DNA of 64,000 nucleotides, taken from positions 992,001-1,056,000 of the forward strand of contig CM000431.1 in NCBI GenBank assembly GCA_000165345.1, given 5' to 3'. The position numbers and the translations under genes are program-made. Position 1 is the stretch's first letter. The number at the start of each line of letters is the position of its first letter. Shown here piece by piece: positions 11,201 through 21,800 of the stretch. The notes beneath the pieces are model-generated. The model had not been told where the DNA came from, searched no databases, and was given only the letters and a program-made list of their open reading frames with translations.

Positions 11201-12184
11201 AATTCTCGTCAAATACTGCTTAATCATCAGTATTCGAGAAAATCGGATAATCTTATTCAACAGAAAATGCAATGTATATTTGAAAGCATTCTAAGTACTT
11301 CTTTGTTTGATGATTACAATGACGAAGAAGAGGAAAAAAAGGATAATGATATTGTCGATGAAAAAAAGAAACTGGAACCAGAGTTAGACTTAGAACAAGC
11401 AAGTTTAAATGAAGATAAGATGAATGATTCCAATGATTTACAGAAACTCCAATTTCAAAGTGAAACTAAATCCGATCAAAATCACTCTTCTAATAAAAAA
11501 ACAGCCAAGATTAAAACAATTAAACAAGATTTAAATGGAAATATTCATCACACAAAAATGCATATTGAACACCAAATAGTATCTAGTATTATACTTAAAT
11601 CCAAGTCAGAATTTAGGTATTGGTTCAAAATTTATATCAAATTCTCTCTTGATTCTTTGGATTTGGAATGTATTAAAGAAATCACAAATAAAGTCTTATC
11701 TCTAGTAAGAGAAAGCATTCTAACTAATAAGAATCATATTCAAACACAGAAACAAGAACAAAGTCAAGGTTACAGTTATTATGCGCATACTCATACTCAA
11801 AACCAGTCAAATAGACAAGTTATTGCTCCTGTATGGTATAGTCTATCAATGTTGGAATCCATTGATGTTGATCCAGTACAAATTCTTATTGATGATATTG
11901 TTCCTGGAATAAATGATTTCATAAACCTTATGCAAAACCCACAAGGCATTCTGAAAATCAGCTTCGCAAAAGGGGGAGGTAAAGTTCAACCAAACATTGA
12001 AGAATTTCTAAACCAACTAAAAAAAATTAAGGAAAGAATAGAAAGTCAAGTAAAATCTATACAGGAAGAGTTTGAGACATATAAGAACGCTATGCTAAAT
12101 AATTCTCAATGTTTACATTCCTCTCAGAATTCAGACACAAACCATTCATTACGTCTTGACTTTCTCGATTCCATATTTTCTTAA
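8231..12184 (+). CDS. large (1317 aa) WD40-repeat-like protein with a long low-complexity, Ser/Asn/Lys-rich middle region; function unknown
   Basis: The N-terminal 400 aa show WD-repeat-like blades (GVHIWSF..., WSQDGKYLAIVD, DGSLSFWKV, LIGSDDNKLTLVSF). The remainder has no recognisable domain. There is a single uninterrupted ORF. Confidence 0.5.
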   Translation: MKVEKIKEIKAPGDGILSVSFQPHPITERWDKERVAICGEKGVHIWSFEYNGNHKKLAFIESSTCALIKMCRWSQDGKYLAIVDMEQIAIYYKEAGTCSGTPKNLNSVGFGVEEKDTDSNEVFENWTVYTTFSSSDVNECADICWLKGSKVLVNGTISGHLIVYNMEERCQSCNLFIRDIVETSTRNKNIPNSHTEIGHVSGLCSDTRGFFLASQMSSRRLLVFNVEYNKEYGKDTLSKRNCISLSFLLEEERLIINSPCILTFIRRPVFDPLTCLVGCPYGEVGTSYFSCLYPFRDISDIKPFGWEELCKLVNYQAEKQMDDIKSDIWNLHNEGKTSIKGKLELPDAYRLRGHQRRVRLFQFSQTVIKEKDEIFSLCAQSSQDGSLSFWKVIYDLNSKSKIKSIECFLVLTNFMDEQASVTDISFNNLNNTVLIGSDDNKLTLVSFELEEFSLAKNSSKNSHEFYYSSWNYWNFEFTPEKPILQKMDIESSTEEPSLFSKHVSLPVITANEIREHQERTQEAVISSKGTKIRRIQPLNLTEMYSNKSDSKNETSMNGVNSSISSNMQEEKNLNKTSNQSLEYTTKKSSKRSQETKENNSNEIKETLKDQTRSDENKSIRKLSQNEEFERNCEQENAKNSIKGGNQVQINQNISDYQNNQFIKEWMDSIIIPPRLAIEANILIHQKKYKMVIFADNRQIIENINRNRSSSTEIICMRQETLQENQISNISKEMLWYKPISINHVVTHMIRIKDVLLIIYSDILEKKNSIPSSNLDFLNFNTGSILIGGISLPFVLKVVLSESLDMILLVTINGNIKIFQIHGSLNDYESFIPKASTNHLSSGFSINWVLDADWSFLNNHKLVRVDLYSNHKSYPCKDNADFPIIILYFDDGKVFSYSFNISSFVRIDDLDHCRSDFWSLVFPKTYMQILKKSNHHFTKAKLLEQVSEAISAEHQESEIELSSVCLDPRGWLDTDSNLQTQKCFFLREIQQNSRQILLNHQYSRKSDNLIQQKMQCIFESILSTSLFDDYNDEEEEKKDNDIVDEKKKLEPELDLEQASLNEDKMNDSNDLQKLQFQSETKSDQNHSSNKKTAKIKTIKQDLNGNIHHTKMHIEHQIVSSIILKSKSEFRYWFKIYIKFSLDSLDLECIKEITNKVLSLVRESILTNKNHIQTQKQEQSQGYSYYAHTHTQNQSNRQVIAPVWYSLSMLESIDVDPVQILIDDIVPGINDFINLMQNPQGILKISFAKGGGKVQPNIEEFLNQLKKIKERIESQVKSIQEEFETYKNAMLNNSQCLHSSQNSDTNHSLRLDFLDSIFS

Positions 12185-12518
12185 ATTTGAATTAAATTAT
12201 CACAGTGTCTATAAAATGAATAAATTAGTAAATAAAAATACGTTTATATACCCCATATAATTAATTTTTATAATCAATTTTACTTAAACTATTTTAATTT
12301 AGACAGCGGGAAATTCCAATTTTTCTATTTAATATAAAAAAAAGGTAGAAAAAGTACCAGATTCTTAATAGTATCTCGGCAGGTGATAATATTCGTTTTT
12401 CGAATATTTATTATCTTTTTATAAAGAACTTTAATATCTTAATTTCATTTGATTATTAAAATAATAATCAGAAATATACTCAAAGATATAATATATTGGT
12501 TCTATATATACAGCAGAA

Positions 12519-13958
12519 ATGGCAAACTATAGTTTAAATTGCTGTTTAATAGCTTTAAGCGTTTCTTTGTTATTTGGGATAAACTTGTCCATATTAAACT
12601 TCACAGGTCCCTATGTGCTTTTGGATTATGAATTATGTGGGAAAGAAGGAACTCTCTTGGAGAGATCAAACTGTGAAAATGGATCTTATGCAATGTATAA
12701 GATGACTTTGGCATTCTTTACAGCATCTTTATTGAGTTGTTTTGCTGTTAAATATGTTGTAGGAAGAAGTCGTACTTTTGGACTTAAAGTGGCTTTAATT
12801 CCTTTTGCTGTTGGTGGAATTTTATCCAGTTTTGCCCCTAATTTCAAAATCTTTTGTATTGGAAGATTTATAAGTGGAGCCTCTTTAGGACTTTCAGCTG
12901 CTTCAGTTACATATATTTCCGAGATTTCACCAAAACATAGAAGAGGTTTGTATACAACTCTTTTTGGTCTATTTATCCCTGCAGGGCAAACAATTTCATA
13001 TATTTTGGGAGTATTTCTACCAATTATAAAGTATTTGGATGAATCTGATCTAGAATTTTATATTCTCTACTGTAGATTCCTTTTCTTAATTCCCACAATA
13101 ATCTCATTAATAATGATTATTGCAGTCCGCTTCTATTGTAAAGATGAAACTCCTTGTTTCTTATTATCAAAGGGAAGATTTTCAGAGGCTGAAGAGCTTC
13201 TTTATAAGATTTATCAAGATACTTCAGTTGTTTCAAGTGAAATGGAATCCTTATTAACAAGTAATAGGAGAAGCATTGAAGAGGATAAGATAAGTCAAAA
13301 TGTATCTTATTCAATGCTATTCAGCAGAAAGTACATTCTTCCAACATTTGTAACTCTTGTTATAACTGTTGGAGTAAGTGGAAGTGGAATTGGTATTTTC
13401 GCTCAAAAGATGAATTCATTAATTGAATCAGCCTCTGGTCTTCCTCAAGAAAAAGTTATTTATATTGTAATATTTACTTCAGCATTTGAGACAGTTTCTT
13501 GTTTCTTTGGAGGACATTTAATTGAGAAATTTGGAAGAAGAAATGTTGCAATTATTGGTTCTGCAACTAACTCACTATCTCTACTTCTTCTTGGATTATT
13601 TACAATTTTTAAGAACTACATTTCCAGCGTTGTTATTCCAGTTGTTTCAATTATTGTATTTTCTACCTTCCTTGCTTCATTCCAGCTAGCTCTTTCACCA
13701 GTATTATGGGCATATGTTCCAGAAGCACTTCCAACAGAAATCCGATCTACAGGAATGGGTCTATCGTCAATCTTAAATTGGTTGGTCAGTTTGATTTACA
13801 TACCTCTATCTTACATTATTTCGGATTTGAGTGTGTATGCTTTATCATCCATTTGTTGTGGTATTCTTTCCATTATTTGCTTCTTCTTTATGAAAGAAAC
13901 TAAGGGATGCTCAGTATCACCATATGAAGAAGATTCAGTTAAGAATCCAGATCTCTGA
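12519..13958 (+). CDS. MFS sugar-porter-family transporter (hexose-transporter-like), 479 aa, about 12 TM
   Basis: Sugar transporter signatures are present: GRFISGASLG (TM4 R-x-x-x-G), ETPCFLLSKGRFSEAEE (PESPR-x-L-x-KGR-x-EA-like motif after TM6), EALPTEIRSTGMGL (PE-x-xP-x-x-R-x-G after TM10) and a C-terminal KETKG (PETKG signature). Confidence 0.75.
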   Translation: MANYSLNCCLIALSVSLLFGINLSILNFTGPYVLLDYELCGKEGTLLERSNCENGSYAMYKMTLAFFTASLLSCFAVKYVVGRSRTFGLKVALIPFAVGGILSSFAPNFKIFCIGRFISGASLGLSAASVTYISEISPKHRRGLYTTLFGLFIPAGQTISYILGVFLPIIKYLDESDLEFYILYCRFLFLIPTIISLIMIIAVRFYCKDETPCFLLSKGRFSEAEELLYKIYQDTSVVSSEMESLLTSNRRSIEEDKISQNVSYSMLFSRKYILPTFVTLVITVGVSGSGIGIFAQKMNSLIESASGLPQEKVIYIVIFTSAFETVSCFFGGHLIEKFGRRNVAIIGSATNSLSLLLLGLFTIFKNYISSVVIPVVSIIVFSTFLASFQLALSPVLWAYVPEALPTEIRSTGMGLSSILNWLVSLIYIPLSYIISDLSVYALSSICCGILSIICFFFMKETKGCSVSPYEEDSVKNPDL

Positions 13959-14513
13959 GATGATCTGTTAGAACTTAATTTTTTCCTAAGGCCAACTTTG
14001 TAGAATAAGGAAGGGACTTAAAAGGAAGAAGAAGGGAGAAGTATTTATTCAGAGTGAATTGATTAGATTCCAACTTTTAATAAAATCCGTTAACACTTTG
14101 ATGTTGTGCCAAAGAAGTTCAATTCAGGATGAGGGGTAATGAATTTTTAGCCTTGGTTTCTACAGAGCTCACTTTTTCTTTAATATCAAGAAAATTGGAA
14201 AGTTTTCAGATTGTGTGTTGTGTTTTTTTTTAAATTTGAATAGGAGGGATTTTTTCTAAGAATTAACGACGATCCAAATATGATTTGGACTTATAAATTT
14301 TGAGTTATTACTCTACACAGTTCGTTGTGTTTGTTCATTCTTTTTAATTAGGAATACTACTACTTTTACTATTGCTAGAACATTATTGCTACTATTAGTT
14401 ATATTACTTATTCTCAGTAGTTATAGAATCCATATATTTTTTTGTTGTGGTGGCTCTTTTTTTTTTTCTTCGTTTTGTAATATTTTCTATTTTTGAGAGT
14501 TTTCTCGATTTCA

Positions 14514-15521
14514 CTATTTTTTCTCAGAATTTTTCCTTCTCATCCTTTCCATATGAAGCATTGCTAATTCAGAATTAATTGTTGGAACCTGTACTTGAGT
14601 ATTTGACTGAGATTGAAGTGAATCTTGACTTGAAAGAGTATCTTGAGGGGCTTGCGTAGTGCTAATACTGGTATTAGTAATAAAAGAATCGGAAGTTTGG
14701 TTAGAAACATTTGGAAGAATAGAATTAGTAGCTTCATGACTTGTACTGTTTGAATTGGTTGACATTCTATTAAAAGCTCTAAGTGTATTCTCAGACTCGA
14801 GAAATTCAATAATTTCGGAAGAAGCTGAAATAGAGTCTGAAAAAGATTTAGCAACATCCCAAACTTTGAGTTGTCTGCCTGTTCTAGGATCGACAACAGA
14901 AACATGTGGGAGCTTGGATATGTTATATAAATTCAACCATTCATTTCCTTCAGGAGTATTTGAACTTCTCTGCCAGAAAATGAAATGCTCTTGAATAAAT
15001 TCAATGATCAAAGAATCATTCCATATATCCCTGTTTAAAATCATGGAGGAGAACTCATTTGGGCTCTGAATATTAACTAAAATTAACTTTTTCTGAGACT
15101 TGGCCTTTTCTTTGGCAATTTCAAAAGGTTCACAAAACATAATAATTTGAGGTGGAGAAAACATTTGAGTAGAGAAATCATCAACTGGAGGAAGAAGATC
15201 ATCAGTGTGAACAACTCTTCCATTTTGCATGAATTGAGAAGAATTTAAGGCATTGTGGTCGTCAGGAATAAGTTGGTCATTAAAGGATGGTATTGGGGTT
15301 CTAACATCTTCTTCATCATGAAATAAATTATTTCCAGGATTGCTGTTATTTATATTGCTTGTGGTTTCATTACCTAAGTTCGAAAAATACTCATTAATTG
15401 CACTATTCATGTCTCCTGGATACATTTCCAAATACATCTTTGCAATTTGAGAGTCAGTGCAACCCGAAATATTAATAAAATTTTCAATTTCTTCGTTTGA
15501 AACCATATTTATATTGTCCAA
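14514..15521 (-). CDS. UBA-like plus UAS (thioredoxin-like) domain protein, FAF/UBXD7-family-like; no UBX domain detected
   Basis: N-terminal ISGCTDSQIAKMYLEMYPGDMNSAINEYF is UBA-like. The central FCEPFEIAKEKAKSQKKLILVNIQSPNEFSSMILNRDIWNDSLIIEFIQEHFIFWQ matches the UAS domain of FAF1/UBXD7/Ubx5 (KLLLVYLHSPxHxDTxxFCRxTLcxxxVIxFIxxNFLFW). Confidence 0.5.
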   Translation of the reverse strand: MDNINMVSNEEIENFINISGCTDSQIAKMYLEMYPGDMNSAINEYFSNLGNETTSNINNSNPGNNLFHDEEDVRTPIPSFNDQLIPDDHNALNSSQFMQNGRVVHTDDLLPPVDDFSTQMFSPPQIIMFCEPFEIAKEKAKSQKKLILVNIQSPNEFSSMILNRDIWNDSLIIEFIQEHFIFWQRSSNTPEGNEWLNLYNISKLPHVSVVDPRTGRQLKVWDVAKSFSDSISASSEIIEFLESENTLRAFNRMSTNSNSTSHEATNSILPNVSNQTSDSFITNTSISTTQAPQDTLSSQDSLQSQSNTQVQVPTINSELAMLHMERMRRKNSEKK

Positions 15522-15866
15522 TAAGATTAAATAATGATGAAATTATTGATCCAAATTAAGAATTACGTTGGAAATCAATTGTGTGTACTTTCTTTTTGAT
15601 TTTAAAGATGTAATTTAAATTTCATAATTAATTAACGAATTTTTTTTTCTTTTCTTAATACACCCAATTTTAAGCTAAAAAAAAATTTCCAGGTTGAAAA
15701 CTCTCAGGGTCGGAAAAATTTATTGTTTTGCTTATAAAGCGAGAGGGGGGAAATTGTAATAAATTAATCTAAAAATAATTAAACCAAAAATATTAAAGAA
15801 TAATATAATACAGTTTTTTTAAAAAAATTATACATTAAAATATTTATATATTTAAACTAGAATTTA

Positions 15867-18800
15867 TTAGTTTATTGATTGAAATTCAAAAGGTTGAAAT
15901 GAACGCCAATTTAAATTTGTATTTCTTCTGATATTAATTTTTTGAATAATATTCTGCAATTTAGTCCAACGGTAAGGACACAAAATCATAGGTTTTCCTC
16001 TAATCAAATGCTTATCCTCTTCTCCATATTCGTCCACATAAAGAGTAGAAAATTCACATGCCCTTGCACCATACAAAAATTGTTTATCCAATTCAATCCA
16101 ATTAAATAAATTGTTATTGGTTTCATTCTTTGTTGAAGTAATATCAATTCTAAATGATAGTATAATTGATGAAGAAACATGTAAGAAAAAAGATAATCCT
16201 TTTCCACATTTTGCAATATGATCTCTAATTGGTATTGACCTTAAAGATATATTTAAACCTGAACCAAATGGAATGGAGTATGATAATATATTTTTATTCC
16301 CAGTTTTTTCTGTTTCTCTTGAATAACAGTAGAAATAAGAATCCAAAATTGAAGATGACAAATTTGTACTAGTTTCAGTCTCATTACAACAACTATATTC
16401 CGTACATAATATACTTCCACATGAAATACAAATTAGTAAGTTATTAATATTATTAGAATATCTTCTACTCCAATGCTTTATTGGATTTGATAAAAGCTTG
16501 TTATAAAGATTGTGAAACATTTTAGGGGGTATTATTGTTGATTGATTAAAACCATTATATATAATAATATTTTGGCCACTTTCATTGATATTCAAAAACT
16601 TCTTTCCCAAACCTAGAAATGAACTCTTAAATATTTCAAACTCTTCAATGCTCAGACTTTTATAAAATGAATTAATATTACTATTAAATAGTGGTCTCTT
16701 TGAATTAACCATAATGTCATTAACAACTGTTACTTCCAAACAAGTTAAAGGAATTATTGCCTTCTTCTTTGAAATCAACTTTATGAAAAGGTTCTTTTCT
16801 AGCATTATAGTTAATAAAGAGTTCATCATTCCACTACTTTGGTTTATAAAGTTTTTATGTTTATCAATATCAGTATCATTATCAGTATTAATATTAAACT
16901 CTGTTAAAATTATCCAAGCAATCTCTAGTATATTTGTATTCATACAAAATCTACTAGAAATACATTGTAATAGTATAGAGATTTGTTCATCTAAGCTATT
17001 ATCCTCTTCATTTCCATTTATTCTTGTATTATTATTAACTGAATTTTCTATTTTCTTGTTTTTTTCTTTCATATAAATATTTTGAAATCTAACTATCAAC
17101 TTTAGCCAAACTATTATTCCAAGATTTACAATATCTTTAAGTTTTTTAATATCTCCAAGTTTAAATTCATCCATATTACACTCATCTTCTTGATTTTGTT
17201 TATACTTTTTAAATTTGTTCTTAGTATTTAAATAACTTGAATTTGTATTTAATATAAAATTCGGATATTTACTCAAATAAAATTCTCTCTTACTTTCATT
17301 TGATAATTTATTTATAGAATTCTTAACTTTGAAAGAATATATAATATCGCATTTATTCTTTTTCTCAGAAACTGAGATATCGCTATTTACTGGATTAATT
17401 TGGATTGGTAAAGTTCCAAAAATATTAACATTAATTCTTGAATCTGATATATTATTTATCTTCTGAGCTTTATACTCAATCTCTTCAGAACTTAAATCTA
17501 ATTTCTTATATAAGTGAAATCCATTTCCATAAATCAATTCCTGGAAAAAAGACATTGCCTCATTTTCATTTGATTGGTCTTCTTTCTGGTTATCATTTTC
17601 CTCATCAATATGAGATTTTCTGCATTTATTCAAATTTAATATAGCTTGGATTATTGGATTTCTTATTTTAGATACTTGTTCATCTTCATCCCATTCGGGG
17701 TTCCAAAATGTCCAAACAATTGAAAACACTTCCAAAACAAACATCATCAATAAAATATACATAACTCTCAAATCCCCTTGTTCTAAAGTCTCATAACCTT
17801 GACTTTCTCTTACAGAACTATCTCTAATACTATTATTTGAGTTATTATATTTATTGTTTGTTTTACTATAAAAATTATCAAAATGAGTGTCATTTTCTTT
17901 GACTTTTTGCTCCTTTAATGTTCTTGTACTATCAATCAGAATTATTAAATTTATAAGAATCTGAAATCTAGCTGAAGGCGATTGAAGCGAAATATAGTTC
18001 CAAATATCAATCTTATTTTCATCTCTAAGTATCTGAATTAAGTTAAAAATCATTGAAGTAGCCATGCACGGAAAATTATTAATAATACTTTTCAAAGATT
18101 TAATAACAATTTCATACATTAAATTTCTCGAAGAAGAAAATAAATTGGTTGAAGCAAATACACTCATATCATTTTCATAACATGAAATTGTATCAACTAT
18201 AATATTGTCACTTATAATCTTAGTTAAGAAACCTATTGGATTAATACTAGGAATTCCATTTATAGACAAATTAATGCTTGGAATATTGAAAGGAAGTAAA
18301 TTCTCAAATAAAGTCAATATTGAAAGAATTTGTTCAAGTATTGGAATACTTTCAACATCAATTTCTAAATTACCATTACAACTTCCTTCATAATAATCAC
18401 CAATCATATCACTTATTTCGTATTTTGTTTGGAGATCCAATAATAAATCCAAAATATCTATCAATTGATCATCTTTACAAGATTCAAAGTTATTTTGTAC
18501 TTCGTGACAAATATCCATCATTAATTCCTCATTCTTGAAGTACTTGAATGGAAGTATAATGTTGGAGAATGTATTGCAGTATGGGCATGTTAAGTTAGTT
18601 AAATGATAAATTTCTTTATTAATGTCGTATTTTCTAACTCTACCAGTAAATTTTGATCCAGTATTATCGGGTATAGAAGATAATATATGAACTGAGTTAT
18701 TAGAATTAGGCAAATTAAGCTCTTTAAAAGTCTCACCATTTTCTCTAATATTCATTTGTCTTACACTAACTCCTACTTTGTTTTTGTGGTAAGTTAATGG

Positions 18801-21800
18801 AAACCCTACGTATTGAATTTCAGATTTTTTCTCAAAATTACATTCTTCTGTCTGGATTTGTCTGGTTTCCTGGTCTGATCTCAAATTGGTATAATTTGAA
18901 CTTGAAGAATTTTGATTATTAAATAATTTATAATATTGTCCAACACATTTATAATGTATTAAATGTCCACATATTGTTAAATAGAAAGAAGTATATCCAA
19001 AATTTGGTTGGAATCCATCTAAACTTGTATCACTTTGAATATTTCTTTTTGAATCCAAACTAGAATTTTGTAAGTCTAAATAACCAAAAGTTGCAATATA
19101 ATTTTCATCCTTTTCACGATCTTGCTCAATATGAATTGGCTCATGGCAAAATACACAGAAATCAGAATGTTCTTCACCACCTACAATTTGGTTACTAACA
19201 TAAGGCTTGTCTGACATAACATCAATCTTGTCTTCATCAGAATTGATTTCTTCATCATTTAAAATCATAGACTTTTTAAGAATGTTCATAAAGTTTTTTT
19301 GCCTGTTCATATATTCCTGGAGAATGTTTTTTTGTTTCTCTTGTATCTTATCTTTGAGATTGGTTGGATTCAATTTTGCAGCTTTTTCTTGCAATAAAAG
19401 CCTTCTCTCATTATATAACTCTTCCAAATAGTTATTAAAATAAGATTCAATATCTGGACTTGTTTGGTTGGCAATAGATAGTCCCCATTCCAGAAATAAT
19501 GAAGATTCCATGGGAATTATCTTTAAAACTTCTTTGCTAACAAATTTGAACTTACTTGAATTTTTTCCTAAATGAATATCATTATCATTGATTCTCAAAG
19601 AATATAGTAATTCTACCAATATATCCATCAAACAAAATGGCTGTTCATATGTTAAGTTATTATCAAATCTTAAAATCAACGGAACCATTAATAGTTCAAA
19701 TACAGTTTCTACGTTGCCTCTTCTAAGTAAATCACAAATATTAGTCATATATAAATCCTTTAACTCAATTGGAGATCTATTCTGAATTAATTTCTCTCCT
19801 TGTTTCTTTCTCAACTCTTTCTTAATTTGATTACATAGACTTGGTTTAACTGCAAAGTACTGGTAATCATCATTCTCGCAATCCTGGTTTAAACAGTAAA
19901 ATGAAATATTTAATGAACCATCAGAATCTGATTCATTATATGTTTTTGAATTTACATTTCTAATTTCTGTAGAAGGTATAGAAAAGAATTCAAAATTTAA
20001 ATCATTTTCCAATGTTTCAGTACTGAGAGAAACTCTATTAAATGAAATCTTAAACTGGGATTCACCTTTCATATTAGCTTTGAATGCATTATAAACATAT
20101 TCCATGATTTCTATATTAATTAAGTTAAAGAGAAGAATGAAAGAATGTTGCATTATTCTTACATCATCCATTAGAGTTTGGCCCATAGTAACTTCAAATA
20201 ATTGAGGTAGAACCAAATGGAGTATATTTGAGAGAAGAATAGACTTTATATACATATTTTGGCTTGAATTGAAGTGTATTATAGAAGAGAAATGCTCATT
20301 TAATGGTATATGGCATAACTTAGTGGGAAATTTAACAAACTTATCACTTATAAACTTTTTCTCTGAATTTTCTGGAATTTCTTCTGATATATTTTTATTC
20401 ATAATACCATTTTGTTGCTCTTTATTTGTCTCTAAATTGTTACTCTCGCCTATTCGTCTCTTCTTTGGAGTGTTGTCTTCAGTACTTACCTTATTTCCAT
20501 CTATTCCATTGCCTATAATTAGACTATTATCCCAGCAATTAAAGTGTGAACAAATGGATTCATAGTTGGTTTCATCTTCGCTCCCAAAGAATTTAATAGG
20601 TAATAGAGGATCATATAACATCCAACCAATGGGTTGCTTAATTTTATATAGAATTGGCTTATTATCAGAAGCTGGGATCTTCTCGCAAAATGAGTCCAAG
20701 ATCTCATCAATTATATTATTAAGATTTGAAGATTTTATAGATTGAATGAAATTTCCATAATATAAAGACGAAGATGATGATATTGGAAGCCCATCCTGAA
20801 TTTCTGATCTAGATCTGTTTTTCCTTATTAGGTATTGAACAAGTAGATATCTATATATAGACTTATTAAAAGAGAGAGAATTAGGAAGGTCAAGAGATGT
20901 AACTTTGGTAAATATATCCATAATTAATAGTACAGCACAATTAACCTTCTTATCTATTGCTTTTCTTGAATGAATGACATTAAAACAAGAGTTTCTAGTT
21001 TCTTGTATATCCTTTAAATCACCTTTATCCTCTGTATTTGAATTTGATTGAATGCTATCCATTATATCAGCTTTTTGTTTAGAATGATTATCATTATTTT
21101 CACAGTTAGCTTCATCTTTTAATAAGTTGAAGTGGGATAATATTGAAGATATCATAAACAACAAGCTTTCTTCTTTCTTAAGAAGATTTAAAATCAATCT
21201 AATTGAGAATATATCTGGAAGTATATACATTGTTGACCAATGTGATTTCTTGTAGAATTGAGCTTCATTTATTGGACTTAATCCATTCCTAAGCCAAGAA
21301 CCATCGTTCAAATTAAATGCTTGATGAACAAAACAATATGATCTTAATGGATGTTCTAATAATGTTATTTTTAACACGTCATTTAAAATCCCAAGATTCT
21401 CCAGTAAATCGAAAATATTATTCAAATCTAAGTAACCTTTTGTTCTTGAAATATAATCCAGATAAATGTAAATTAGTTGAAGAGAAGTTCTATTTAGTGG
21501 AATATGTATAGAAGCTTGGCTTTCTAAAATACTATGATTATGTAAAATATAGTATTCTCCGTATTTACTTGAATCATGTTCAAAAGTAATAAAGTATTTA
21601 CAAAAATCCTGTTCTATATTGAAAGAATTGTTGTCCACATAGTCATATATAATGTTCCAGGATTCATTTATACTGGTAATGCGAATCCATTGAATTAATG
21701 ACTGAACAGTATTTAGTACAAGACGAAAAATACAGAAAGTAGTTAAATCTTGATTCTTATTTTCCAAAGATATGGAAACCAAGTTTGAATCGTCAGAAGT

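Noticed and set aside
14050-14513. A missing UBX-domain exon downstream of the UAS-domain gene
   Set aside because: I translated the region in the relevant frames and found no UBX-like sequence (no FPR motif and no beta-grasp pattern), so I did not annotate one.
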